A DNA stretch of 64,000 bases from an uncultured delta proteobacterium (lineage in GTDB: Bacteria > Desulfobacterota > Binatia > UBA9968). Positions 10,243-20,088 of the stretch are shown here, in pieces. The notes under the pieces are model-generated. The model searched no databases and was not told the DNA's origin. It was given only the letters and a program-made list of their open reading frames with translations. Numbering within the stretch: position 1 is the stretch's first letter; each line of letters opens with the position of its first letter. Location: positions 1-64,000 of the forward strand of contig CAVXEP010000027.1 of the NCBI GenBank assembly GCA_963760795.1. The letters run 5' to 3'. Made by a program: the position numbers and the translations under genes.

Positions 10243-10366
10243 ACGTTCAGAAGTTCAAGGTCGGACACGGAAGTCGCAATGTCTACGGGAAATAGTATTG
10301 TTTGGGTTTGATCAGCGTGGGTTCAACAAGCTTATTTGGCAATGGAATCATGAAGGGGGAAAGCCG

Positions 10367-11443
10367 ATGAAGTCTGTCCACAGTTTAACGACACTTCTAA
10401 TTGCGCTCGCAATCAGTTTCGGCGCGCCGGGCCACGCCGCGACGGTGGACGAAGTCGTACTTTACAACAAGCCCGACCGGCAGAAAGTTCTCGTCGACGG
10501 CGCGCGCAAGGAAGGCAAGATCACCTGGTACACCTCGTTGATCGTCGACCAAGTGGTGCGGCCGGTGAAAGAGGCCTTCGAGAAAAAGTATCCGTTCATT
10601 CAGATCGAACACTTCCGCGGCAACTCGGAGCGCATCGTGCAAAAGATGTTCGCCGAGTATCAGGGCAAGCGCTATGAGGTCGACATCGTCGACGGCACGG
10701 TGACCGCGCCGATGGTGAAAAAGGGCGGCTTTCTGCAACGCTTCTATTCGCCCCATCTCGCCGACTATCCGGCCGAGTTGAAAGATCCCCAGGGATACTG
10801 GGGCGTGAGCAACGTTTATTACTTCGCGGTCGGTTACAACACGCGCATGGTCAAGCCCAACGAAGTGCCGAAAACCTATGAAGACCTGCTCAATCCGCGT
10901 TGGAAAGGCCAGATGATGTGGTCGACCAGCCGCGGTTCGGGGGCGCCGATGATGATCGGCAATTTGTTTCAGTCCATGGGACAGGAAGCGGCGAAAGTGT
11001 ATTTGCAGAAACTGAAAGCGCAAAATGTCGCCAAGACCACGGCGAGCAACCGGCAATTATTGGACTTAGTCATTGCCGGCGAATATCCGCTGGGGCTGCA
11101 TATCTTCCATCACCACGCGCATATCAGCCGAAGCGCCGGCGCGCCGGTGGATTGGGCGCCGCTGGAGCCCTTGTCGGCGACTATCAATACGATTTCGCCG
11201 GTGACGCGCTCGCCCCATCCGCACGCGGCGATGCTCTTGCTCGATTTCATCTTGTCCGAAGAAGGACAAAAAGTGATTCAAGCGCAGAATTACTTGCCGT
11301 CCCATCCGAAGGTTCCGGCGAAACAGGTTGACCTCAAGCCGGGCGGCGGGAAGTTCAAACGCGCGCTTTATTTCACGCCGGATTCGCAGTTGAACGAAGG
11401 CGACGGCTGGGTCGATTATTTCGAGAAAAACTTCTTGAAATAA
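10367..11443 (+). CDS. ABC transporter solute-binding protein, FbpA/AfuA-like (array gene 3)
   Basis: Start MKSVHSL after GGGGG RBS; GARKEGKITWYTSL, YNTRMV, PKTYEDLLNPRWKG, PHPHAAMLLLDFILSEEGQ. Confidence 0.85.
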   Translation: MKSVHSLTTLLIALAISFGAPGHAATVDEVVLYNKPDRQKVLVDGARKEGKITWYTSLIVDQVVRPVKEAFEKKYPFIQIEHFRGNSERIVQKMFAEYQGKRYEVDIVDGTVTAPMVKKGGFLQRFYSPHLADYPAELKDPQGYWGVSNVYYFAVGYNTRMVKPNEVPKTYEDLLNPRWKGQMMWSTSRGSGAPMMIGNLFQSMGQEAAKVYLQKLKAQNVAKTTASNRQLLDLVIAGEYPLGLHIFHHHAHISRSAGAPVDWAPLEPLSATINTISPVTRSPHPHAAMLLLDFILSEEGQKVIQAQNYLPSHPKVPAKQVDLKPGGGKFKRALYFTPDSQLNEGDGWVDYFEKNFLK

Positions 11444-11487
11444 CGGCGGGTGATGCGGCGCCGGAGATTTGGCCGCAAAGAAGGCAG

Positions 11488-11586
11488 CGCGGCACAGCCG
11501 CATCGAAGAGAAGAATGGCCGCAAAGGGCGCAAAAAAAAGGTCGGATAAAAATGTCATTTCGACCGCTACAGCTCGGGATGACGCG
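11488..11586. repeat. Dispersed intergenic repeat shared with the 60.85-61.15 kb locus
   Basis: 11488-11547 matches 60849-60909 almost exactly; 11572-11586 is the exact reverse complement of 60954-60968 and 11553-11563 that of 61141-61151. Confidence 0.8.
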
Positions 11587-11683
11587 GCGCCCCCGACACT
11601 GTCGGGACGAAAGATTTTTGCTCCTACGCTTAGAAAATAAATGTAAGGGGAGGACTTCTACAATGAAGAGGTCCCCTGAGTTC

Positions 11684-11761
11684 CGTCATACCCGCGAAAG
11701 CGGGTATCCAGGCTAGTTGGGCGCAGACCAAACCTGGATTCCCGCGTGCGCGGGAATGACG
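11684..11761. repeat. CGTC-type REP inverted doublet
   Basis: CGTCATACCCGCGAAAGCGGGTATCCAGG (11684-11712) and CCTGGATTCCCGCGTGCGCGGGAATGACG (11733-11761). Confidence 0.85.
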
Positions 11762-11859
11762 CGTCAAGCGGACCCCCTACGGAGGGAATCCCTTCCATTT
11801 TCATATTCTGTAGACGAGCATAACCTTATGGACACTTCGCGGTGAGGCGGATTCTTTCC

Positions 11860-11889
11860 TTGACAACTTCCATCCTCCAGGAATAGTTT
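11860..11889 (+). promoter_or_regulatory. Candidate sigma70 promoter for array gene 4
   Basis: TTGACA 11860-11865, 18-bp spacer, TAGTTT 11884-11889. Confidence 0.4.
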
Positions 11890-11975
11890 TGCCTCGACGG
11901 TGGGTTTGCTCGCATCCTGTAGCGAAGCGCCATCGCGGCTTCGCTTTGGTTTCTCACATGGAAGGAGAGGCTTGG

Positions 11976-13076
11976 ATGACCGTTGAAAAAACTGGACTTG
12001 CTTCGGTGTGGCTGGGTATCGCGCTCGCCGCGAGCTCTTTTCTGAGTATCCCACTATTCTCCGCGCACGCTGCTTCGGTTGAAGACGTTTCCATGATGAG
12101 GTCTGCTGAGCGGCAGAAACTTCTCGTCGAAGGCGCCAAGAAGGAGGGCAAGGTCACTTGGTATACGACGCTGATCGTCGACCAGGTGGTCCGGCCGATC
12201 AAAGAGGCGTTTGAGAAAGAATATCCGTTTGTCCAGCTGGAATACTATCGCGGCAACTCTGAGAACGTCGTCCAACGAGTTATCGCCGAGTTCCAAGCGA
12301 AACGTTTTGCCGTCGACATCGTCGATGGTAGCAGCTCACCGACCATGTTGCGGCGGGCGGGCTTGATGCAGCGCTTTTTCTCGCCCTATCTGGCCGAGTA
12401 TCCGCCTGAGCTCAAGGATGCCCAAGGTTTTTGGGGCGTCGCCAATCTTTATTTTTTCGCCCTCGGTTACAACACCCGCATGGTCAAAGCTAGCGAAGTT
12501 CCCAAAACCTACGAAGATCTGCTCAATCCGCGTTGGAAAGGGCAGATGATGTGGTCCACCGCTCGGGGCGCGGGTGCGCCGCTGTTCATCGGCAGCATCT
12601 TACAAACGATGGGGCAAGAGGCCGGCAAGGCCTACCTGCAAAAGCTCAAGACACAAAACATCGCCAAGACGACGGCGAGCAATCGGCAGGTGCTCGATCT
12701 CGTCATCGCCGGCGAATTTCCCATCGGGTTGCAAATTTTTGCCCATCATCCGGTCATCAGCAAAAACTTGGGCGCACCGACGGATTGGCAACCGCTGGAA
12801 CCGCTGCCGGCGACAATTCATACGATCGGCTTGACGAAAAATTCGCCGCATCCGCACGCGACGATGTTGCTGATCGACTTTCTACTTTCCAAGCGCGGCC
12901 AGAAAGTGATCCAGCTATCGAGCTATCTACCGGCACATCCGGAAATGCCGGCATTGCAAGCCGACTTGAAGCCCGGCGGCGGCCGCTACAAGCGGGTCAA
13001 TTATTTCAATCCCGATGTGTTATACGACAAGAACAACGAGTGGACTGAATATTTTCAGAATCAGTTTGTGAAGTGA
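11976..13076 (+). CDS. ABC transporter solute-binding protein, FbpA/AfuA-like (array gene 4)
   Basis: Start MTVEKTG after GGAGAGG; same motifs as gene 3. Confidence 0.85.
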   Translation: MTVEKTGLASVWLGIALAASSFLSIPLFSAHAASVEDVSMMRSAERQKLLVEGAKKEGKVTWYTTLIVDQVVRPIKEAFEKEYPFVQLEYYRGNSENVVQRVIAEFQAKRFAVDIVDGSSSPTMLRRAGLMQRFFSPYLAEYPPELKDAQGFWGVANLYFFALGYNTRMVKASEVPKTYEDLLNPRWKGQMMWSTARGAGAPLFIGSILQTMGQEAGKAYLQKLKTQNIAKTTASNRQVLDLVIAGEFPIGLQIFAHHPVISKNLGAPTDWQPLEPLPATIHTIGLTKNSPHPHATMLLIDFLLSKRGQKVIQLSSYLPAHPEMPALQADLKPGGGRYKRVNYFNPDVLYDKNNEWTEYFQNQFVK

Positions 13077-13103
13077 GCGATGGCAGTCAAGAGAGAGGCG
13101 AGG

Positions 13104-14189
13104 ATGGACAATCGCGACAAACAGCAATGGCATGTTGCGTTTTTCATAGCCGGGTTAATCGGTCTTGCCGGCTTATGCCAGGCGGCCAGCGTCGAAGATG
13201 TCGCACTGCTCAAATCCGCCGAGCGCCAGAAGATTCTCGTCGAGGGCGCGAGGAAGGAAGGCAAGCTCACTTTTTACACCACGCTGATTATCGAGCAGGT
13301 GGTCCGGCCGCTGAAAGATGCGTTTGAAAAGGAATACCCCTTCATTCAAATGGAGTATTTCCGCGGCAATTCGGATCGGGTGACGCAAAAGCTTTTCGCC
13401 GAGTATCAGGCGAAGCGTTATGCGGTCGATGTCGTCGACGGCAGCTCGACGACGACCATGGTCCGGCGCGCCGGTCTTCTCCAACGATTTTATTCACCGC
13501 ATTTGGCGGAGTATCCGGCCGAGCTCAAAGATGCCGAAGGATTCTGGGGCGTGAGCAACCTTTACTTTCACACCCTCGGCTACAACACGCGCATGGTCAA
13601 ACCCGGCGAGGTGCCGAAAAGCTACGAAGATCTGCTGCATCCGCGCTGGAAAGGCCAGATGATCTGGTCCACCGGGCGCGGCGGCGGCGGGCCGTTGTTC
13701 GTCGGCAATGTGTTGCAAAACATGGGCGAGGGCGCCGGCAAGGCTTACCTGCAGAAATTGCGCGGACAAAACATCGCCAAGAGCACCGCCAGCTCGCGCC
13801 AAGTGCTCGACATGGTGATCGCCGGCGAGCAGCCGATTGTCCTGGTGATCTTCAATCATCATGCCTATATCAGCAAGACTGCCGGCGCGCCGTCCGAGTG
13901 GCAGCCTTTGGAGCCGGTGCCGGCGCGGGTCAGCACCATTGGCGTGCCCAAGTTCGCGCCCCATCCTCATGCGGCGATGTTGTTCATGGATTTTGTCCTT
14001 TCCAAGCGCGGCCAGAAGGTCATGCAACAGTCCAACTATCTGCCGTCCCATCCAGAAATGCCGGCGCTGCAAGCCGATCTCAAGCCCGGCGGCGGTCGCT
14101 TCAAGCGCGTTCATTACATGAATCCGGAGCAGGAGTACGACCGGGGCAACGATTGGGTCGATTATTTCCAGAAAAATTTCATCCAATAA
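13104..14189 (+). CDS. ABC transporter solute-binding protein, FbpA/AfuA-like (array gene 5)
   Basis: Paralog of genes 3/4/6; start 13104 or 13080. Confidence 0.85.
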   Translation: MDNRDKQQWHVAFFIAGLIGLAGLCQAASVEDVALLKSAERQKILVEGARKEGKLTFYTTLIIEQVVRPLKDAFEKEYPFIQMEYFRGNSDRVTQKLFAEYQAKRYAVDVVDGSSTTTMVRRAGLLQRFYSPHLAEYPAELKDAEGFWGVSNLYFHTLGYNTRMVKPGEVPKSYEDLLHPRWKGQMIWSTGRGGGGPLFVGNVLQNMGEGAGKAYLQKLRGQNIAKSTASSRQVLDMVIAGEQPIVLVIFNHHAYISKTAGAPSEWQPLEPVPARVSTIGVPKFAPHPHAAMLFMDFVLSKRGQKVMQQSNYLPSHPEMPALQADLKPGGGRFKRVHYMNPEQEYDRGNDWVDYFQKNFIQ

Positions 14190-14226
14190 GCCAGACCCTT
14201 TCAGTATTTTCCGGCGGCCAATTACC

Positions 14227-14256
14227 TTGACAAGCGAAGGTCAGTCAGACTAGCTT
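14227..14256 (+). promoter_or_regulatory. Candidate sigma70 promoter for array gene 6 and permease
   Basis: TTGACA 14227-14232, 18-bp spacer, TAGCTT 14251-14256; same layout as 11860-11889. Confidence 0.4.
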
Positions 14257-14300
14257 CGCAGCCATATGTTGAGATTCACTTGCCGCTTGGACTTGCCGCG

Positions 14301-15383
14301 ATGATGCCGCAGATTCGATGCCTACGCCGGTCGCTAGCGCTCCTCGCCGTCTTTACTGCGGCCGGTTTAGCACAGGCCGCGACGGTGGAAGAGATCGCCC
14401 TCATGAACCGCGCCGACCGGCAAAAAATTCTCGTCGAGGGCGCCAGGAAAGAAGGCAAGGTCACTTGGTACACCACCTTGATCGTCGATCAGGTGGTGCG
14501 GCCGGTGAAAGATGCGTTTGAAAAGGAATATCCATTTATCCAGGTAGAGTTCTTTCGCGGCAACACCGAGCGCATCGTCCAGAGGATGATCGCCGAATAT
14601 CAAGCCAAGCGTTACGAAGCGGATTTGATCGACGGCACGGTGTCGCCGACCATGGTGCGGCGGGCTGGTTTGTTGCAGCGATTTAATTCACCGATGTTTG
14701 CCGACTACCCCGCCGAACTCAGGGATGCTCAAGGCTTTTGGGGCGCGACCAATCTGTATTTCTTCGCCACCGGTTATAACACGCGGATGGTCAAGGCCAA
14801 CGAAGTGCCGAAGAGCTATGAGGACCTGCTCAATCCGCGCTGGAAGGGGCAGATGATGTGGTCCACCAGCCGCGGCTCCGGCGCGCCGATGTTTGTCGGC
14901 ACGATCCTCAGCACCATGGGTAACGAAGCGGGCAAAGCGTACCTGCAAAAACTCAAGCTGCAAAATGTCGCCAAGACCTCGGCGAGTAACCGGCAAGTGC
15001 TCGATTTGACCATTGCCGGCGAGTATCCGCTGGCGCTGCAGATTTTCAATCATCACGCGTTTATCAGCAAGGCGGTGGGCGCGCCGGTGGAGTGGATCGT
15101 CCATGAGCCGGCGACGGCGACGATCAATAACATTGGCCTCGGCAAATTTGCCAGCCATCCCCACGCGGCGATGTTGCTGATCGATTTCATTCTGTCGGAA
15201 AAAGGTCAGAGGGTTTATCAGCAGTCGAACTACTTGCCGGCCCATCCCAAAGTGCCGGCCAAACAGGTCGACCTCAAACCGGGCGGCGGGCGATTCAAAC
15301 GGGCGTTTTACATCAATCCCGACCAACAGTACGACAAAGGCAACGACTGGGCCGAATATTTTGAAAATGTATTCATGAAGTAG
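14301..15383 (+). CDS. ABC transporter solute-binding protein, FbpA/AfuA-like (array gene 6)
   Basis: Paralog of genes 3-5; signal peptide ending AQA-A; start 14301 or 14280. Confidence 0.85.
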   Translation: MMPQIRCLRRSLALLAVFTAAGLAQAATVEEIALMNRADRQKILVEGARKEGKVTWYTTLIVDQVVRPVKDAFEKEYPFIQVEFFRGNTERIVQRMIAEYQAKRYEADLIDGTVSPTMVRRAGLLQRFNSPMFADYPAELRDAQGFWGATNLYFFATGYNTRMVKANEVPKSYEDLLNPRWKGQMMWSTSRGSGAPMFVGTILSTMGNEAGKAYLQKLKLQNVAKTSASNRQVLDLTIAGEYPLALQIFNHHAFISKAVGAPVEWIVHEPATATINNIGLGKFASHPHAAMLLIDFILSEKGQRVYQQSNYLPAHPKVPAKQVDLKPGGGRFKRAFYINPDQQYDKGNDWAEYFENVFMK

Positions 15384-15397
15384 CGGCGGGTAGAAAA

Positions 15398-17170
15398 TTG
15401 GCAAAACAACAATCAAGCGAATCTTTGGACCTGGCGCTCAAGGGCGATAGCGCGCGCGCAGGTTTTTCTTTAGGCATGGCGTCGCGCTTCGATGTCGCTA
15501 CCGTGGTGATGATCTGCGTGTCCGTCGTCACCGGTTATTTGGTTCTGCCGCCGCTTTATTCGGTGATTCAAACCAGCCTATTCACCACCAAGCTCACCGG
15601 CGAGATCGATCAGTTCACGCTGCGCTATTACGAAGATCTCTTCCGCGAGCTGCAGATCATCGGCCCGTTTCTCAATACTTTTTATTTTTCCATCGGCAGC
15701 GCGTTGTTCGCCACCTTGCTCGGCGGCTCGATCGCCTGGATCGTCGTTCGCACCGATAGTCCGCTGCGCGGATTGGGCTACTTTACCGCGTTCGCTTCCT
15801 TCGGTACGCCGTTTATTCTCTACACCATCGGTTGGTTGTTGCTGCTCGGCAAGGCCGGACCGGTCAACTACTGGCTCAAGATTCTGTTCGATCAAACCAC
15901 GCCGGTGCTCAACGTTTATTCCATGTTCGGCATGATTTTGATCGAGTCGCTGCTCTGGTCGCCGTTTGTCTTTCTCATGCTCGCCGCGGCGTTTCGTTCC
16001 ATGGACCCGTCCCTCGAAGAAGCGTCGGCGGCCTGCGGCGCGCGGGTTTGGCAGACCATGCGGCGGGTTTCCTTGCGGCTGATGCTGCCGGCGTTTTTCT
16101 CGGTCATGCTGTTGATCTTCATCCGCACTTTTGAATCTTTTGAGATTCCAGCTTTGGTCGGACTTCCCGGCGATATTCGCGTGCTGACGACTTCGATCTA
16201 TCTCGACGCGCAAAAACTGCCGCCGCGCTATGGCAGCGCCGGGGCGTTCTCGGTGCTGTTGATGGTGGTCGTCGCCGCGACTCTGTATTTTTACTTTCGC
16301 CTTACGCGCGAAGGGGACCGCTACCAGACGGTGACAGGGAAAGGCTACCGGCCGACGCTGATCAATCTTGGCCGCTGGCGCTACTTGGCGGGTGCCGGCC
16401 TGGTCACCTATTCGATTATCTTGCTGGTGCTGCCGTTTCTGATCATTCTCTGGGCGTCGGTATTGCCGTACTACATGCAGCCATCGCTTGAGGGGCTGGG
16501 GAAGCTCACTATCAAGAACTACGTCACCGCCCTGCACTTCCCCAAGATCACCGATGCGATCAAGAACAGCGTGCTGCTCGGGCTCGGCAGCGCGAGTTTC
16601 GTCATGTGCCTGACTCTGCTCGCCTCCTGGTTGCTGGTGCGCACCAAAATTCGCGGCCGCTGGCTGCTCGATCTCATGACTACGTTACCGTTGTTGTTTC
16701 CCGGTATCGTCATGGGGCTGGCGATCCTGCGCTTTTACCTGTTCGTGCCAATTCCGGTGTACGGTACCTTGTGGATCCTGCTGATCGCTTTCGTCACACG
16801 CTACATTCCTTACGGCATCCGTTACACTCACTCCGGCTTGTTGCAGTTGCACAAGGAACTGGAAGAAGCGTCCTACGTTGCCGGCGCGTCGTGGTTTAAC
16901 TCCATGCGCCGGATTATCTTGCCGCTGATGACGCCGTCGTTTCTTGGCGGCTGGATCTTTATCTTTCTCCTGTCCGCCAAAGAGTTGTCCATGTCGGTCT
17001 TGCTCGTCAGCCCGCAAACGCCGGTGGTATCGGTGGCGATCTTCGAGCTCTGGGAAAACGCTCAAGTCGGCGAGCTCGCCGCCTTCGGCGTGATCTGGAC
17101 AGCCATCCTCGTCACCGTGGCGATCTTTTACTACGCCTTCGCCCGCCGCTATGGGATTCAACAGAACTGA
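15398..17170 (+). CDS. ABC transporter permease, FbpB/ThiP-like fused double TMD
   Basis: 590 aa, ~12 TM, two EAA loops (MDPSLEEASAACGA; LHKELEEASYVAGA), YQTVTGKGYRP. Confidence 0.9.
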   Translation: MAKQQSSESLDLALKGDSARAGFSLGMASRFDVATVVMICVSVVTGYLVLPPLYSVIQTSLFTTKLTGEIDQFTLRYYEDLFRELQIIGPFLNTFYFSIGSALFATLLGGSIAWIVVRTDSPLRGLGYFTAFASFGTPFILYTIGWLLLLGKAGPVNYWLKILFDQTTPVLNVYSMFGMILIESLLWSPFVFLMLAAAFRSMDPSLEEASAACGARVWQTMRRVSLRLMLPAFFSVMLLIFIRTFESFEIPALVGLPGDIRVLTTSIYLDAQKLPPRYGSAGAFSVLLMVVVAATLYFYFRLTREGDRYQTVTGKGYRPTLINLGRWRYLAGAGLVTYSIILLVLPFLIILWASVLPYYMQPSLEGLGKLTIKNYVTALHFPKITDAIKNSVLLGLGSASFVMCLTLLASWLLVRTKIRGRWLLDLMTTLPLLFPGIVMGLAILRFYLFVPIPVYGTLWILLIAFVTRYIPYGIRYTHSGLLQLHKELEEASYVAGASWFNSMRRIILPLMTPSFLGGWIFIFLLSAKELSMSVLLVSPQTPVVSVAIFELWENAQVGELAAFGVIWTAILVTVAIFYYAFARRYGIQQN

Positions 17171-17276
17171 CGGCGCAGTTGTCATTTACATCCGTGTTCC
17201 CCTTTTAGCAGTAGCCAGTGCGGGCAGATAATAGTCGATATCCTGCTGACGTTGATTCGAGTCGGAGCGTTGAACC

Positions 17277-18022
17277 ATGCCGATGGGCGATCAAGACCTT
17301 TTTCAACTGATTCGTTCCTCGACGATCGAAACCGTTGACGATGTCATCTGGTTTTGCGCGCCCTCGACAGCGAGTTGGCGAACGACGACGGACTCAAATG
17401 GTTCAACCTGCTTTATCTCAAAGTTACTGAAGCCGTGCGCACCCAGCCGCAGACGGTTCGGTGGGAGAATGGCCAATGGTTGGAGCAGCTCGATGTGAAT
17501 TTCGCCAAGCTTTATTTTGCCGCGCTATGCGATTGGCAGCGTAATCGCGACCGGGTCGCGCGCGCCTGGTTGCCCTTGTTTCAGTCGCGCGAGCGGCATG
17601 GCATCAAGCGCGTGCAATTCGCACTGGCGGGGATCAATGCTCATATCAATCACGATTTATCGGTTGCTCTGGTGCAGACGGGAAAGGCGTTGCGCATCGT
17701 TCTCAAGCGCGGCACAGCGGAGTTTCGCGACTTCGAAAAGGTCAATTCGATTCTCGAAACCGTGCAGGAGGATGTCAAACGCTATATCGCCACTGGGATT
17801 GTCGGTGTAGTCGATCAAAGTTTAGGCGATCTCGATGACAACGCGGCTAACTGGAGCGTGCGCAAAGCCCGTGAAACCTCATGGTCCAATGGTGAGATTC
17901 TCTGGCGGCTGAACCGGATGCCGGTGTTAAGGAGTGAGTTCCTGACCAATATCGATCGGCTTGTCAGTCTGGCGAGTCGCGGCCTTCTAATCTCAGGAGG
18001 GCATCACTTAACCGGAACCTGA
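17277..18022 (+). CDS. DUF5995-like protein, apparent single-base deletion near 17350
   Basis: MPMGDQDLFQLIRSSTIETVDDVI joins VLRALDSELANDDGLKWFNLLYLKVT; motifs LDVNFAKLYF, FALAGINAHINHDL, DFEKVNSIL. Confidence 0.65.
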
Positions 18023-18118
18023 TTGGCGCTGGCTCGAAGCAACCCATCCGTGAACCGGCATGCCGCGGGGCGGGATTCTTATTGCAGGGTTCACTGGCGA
18101 TTATTGAAAATATTTTTC

Positions 18119-19351
18119 ATGTTGTCCCCGCTTGTACCGCCATCGACCGCGCCAACAACCCAGCGGCGTCGCATGGCTGTTGTCCTCCTCTGCTGCGCCT
18201 TGGTCGGTTCGGCTGTTTTTATCAACCTATCCATCGCCTCGGCCCAGACGATGAACTCGCAGCCAACGGGAGTGCGGGACTTTGTCGAATACTGGTCGGC
18301 AAGCCGTTTGTTGTTGAACGGCGGCAACCCTTACGCGCCGGACCAATTGCTGCAATTGCAGCGATCCGTCGGCTGGGGCAGTGGTACGGCGCTGATCATG
18401 TGGAATCCACCCTGGACCCTGCCCTTCACACTGCCGTTCGGTTTGCTGAATTTTAATCTGAGTCAGTTCGCCTGGCTGTTCAGCCAACTGTTGCTAATTT
18501 TGATATGCACTCAAGCGCTGGCGAATCTCTATGGCGGTGGGTCGACTAACTGCCGGATCGAGTGGTGCGTCGCTCTCAGTTTTGTCCCGACGGTATTTGT
18601 CCTGATCATCGGCCAAATCTCACCGATGGTTCTGGCCGGGATCACCGGATTTCTCGTGCTTGAAAAAAAGCGGAAATCGCTCGCTGCCGGCGCGATGTTG
18701 GCGGTCGTCGCGATCAAGCCGCATCTGCTCTATCTGTTTTGGCTCGCGCTGTTATTTTGGATCTGCCGATACCGCCGCTGGCAGGTTTTGCTCGGCGCCG
18801 CCGGTGCATTTCTCATCGTTGCGCTGCTGCCGGTCTATTTCGACCGTCATATCTATGGCCAGTATCTCGATCTGTATCATCAGGAAGGAATCCTCAAACC
18901 CTTCGATTGGCCGGCGCCGACATTGCGAAATATTTTCCCGCTGTTGTTCGATCGCAGCGATCGGTGGTTGGAGAGCTTGCCGACGCTGGCCGGACTTGCC
19001 TGGCTGGGATATTACTGGCACCGGCACAAAGCCCAGTGGCAGTGGCCGGAAGCATTGCCATCAGTCCTATTGGTTTCCGTGACGACGAGTTTCTTCGCCT
19101 GGACTTACGATCAGGTGGTTTTCCTGCCGGCGCTCATCGAAGTGACGGCGTGGATCAGACGAACCAAGCTGCCCTGGTACCGGTCCTGGGCTGCGCTCGG
19201 TTATGTTGCGATCAATGGCGTGCATCTCGCCATGCGTTTTTGGTTCGCCGAGGAGTTTGTCTACCTATGGCTGGCGCCGGCATTGACCCTCTGCTATGTC
19301 GTCTATCGTTATGAAAGGCGGATTCTCGATGTGCCAAAACTTTCGAATTGA
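18119..19351 (+). CDS. Membrane glycosyltransferase, GT87/DUF2029 (GT-C) like
   Basis: DFVEYWSASRLLLNGGNPY, MWNPPWTL, IIGQIS, AIKPHL, WTYDQV motifs; multi-TM; start uncertain (18023-18174). Confidence 0.75.
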   Translation: MLSPLVPPSTAPTTQRRRMAVVLLCCALVGSAVFINLSIASAQTMNSQPTGVRDFVEYWSASRLLLNGGNPYAPDQLLQLQRSVGWGSGTALIMWNPPWTLPFTLPFGLLNFNLSQFAWLFSQLLLILICTQALANLYGGGSTNCRIEWCVALSFVPTVFVLIIGQISPMVLAGITGFLVLEKKRKSLAAGAMLAVVAIKPHLLYLFWLALLFWICRYRRWQVLLGAAGAFLIVALLPVYFDRHIYGQYLDLYHQEGILKPFDWPAPTLRNIFPLLFDRSDRWLESLPTLAGLAWLGYYWHRHKAQWQWPEALPSVLLVSVTTSFFAWTYDQVVFLPALIEVTAWIRRTKLPWYRSWAALGYVAINGVHLAMRFWFAEEFVYLWLAPALTLCYVVYRYERRILDVPKLSN

Positions 19352-20003
19352 TCGCCTAACTCATGCGGCAACAGCGGTTTTGAGATTCGCGCTTTTTGTC
19401 CTGCTGCTTCCGAGCGTCGGTTGGACCGATAGCTGGCCGGGGGCAATGCCGTTTCAAGTATTCAGCAAGTCGGCAAAGTATTTCGCTAGAGTGATCCCTG
19501 GTGAAAGCATCGGCGATACGATCGGCTTTGCCGGTGCTCGCAAGGGGAAATACGCCCAGGCGCTGTATTACGTTTTACAAGCGGACCGCTCTTACAAGTT
19601 GCTGCACGAGATCAAACTGCAGAATCCGGTGGCGCCGGTGGACCTGCTGCTTTCGGATCGAGGACAGTTTGTCACCTTCGATAACTGGCATAATCTTGGG
19701 TATGGCAAAGTAGTGGCGATCTACGCGGCCTCGGGGAAGCTGGTTCGCAGCTACGAAATCGACCAGCTTTATCCATCGTCACTGCAGGAGAAGATTCCCG
19801 CTTCGGTTTCGTCCCGTCATTGGCGCTGCCAGCCGAGCCATTTCGTCGAACCGAAGGAGCAAAAGAGTGTCTATGTGCCGGAAGTCATGGGTGGATATTT
19901 TGTTTTCACTTTGGCGACGGGTGAGATGGTTTACACAGCTGGTGCACGCAAGGAGTGCATACCACCGCCGGGGCCAATGTCCCAGACACGACACGGGCAG
20001 TGA
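19329..20003 (+). CDS. Hypothetical exported protein
   Basis: Open frame with hydrophobic signal-like segment before DSWPG; start 19329 or 19296. Confidence 0.6.
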   Translation: MCQNFRIDRLTHAATAVLRFALFVLLLPSVGWTDSWPGAMPFQVFSKSAKYFARVIPGESIGDTIGFAGARKGKYAQALYYVLQADRSYKLLHEIKLQNPVAPVDLLLSDRGQFVTFDNWHNLGYGKVVAIYAASGKLVRSYEIDQLYPSSLQEKIPASVSSRHWRCQPSHFVEPKEQKSVYVPEVMGGYFVFTLATGEMVYTAGARKECIPPPGPMSQTRHGQ

Positions 20004-20088
20004 GTTTTGCTAATCCTTATTTGGCGATTCGGGTTGCAATCAAACAGCCTGTTCGCATAAACAAATTCGACAAACAGAGGGGGGTGGT

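Noticed and set aside
10220-10366. Long N-terminal extensions on several ORF calls (also 50611-50763, 7730-7858, 11889-11975)
   Set aside because: Downstream starts fit RBS, signal peptide or family length better; some extensions translate repeat DNA
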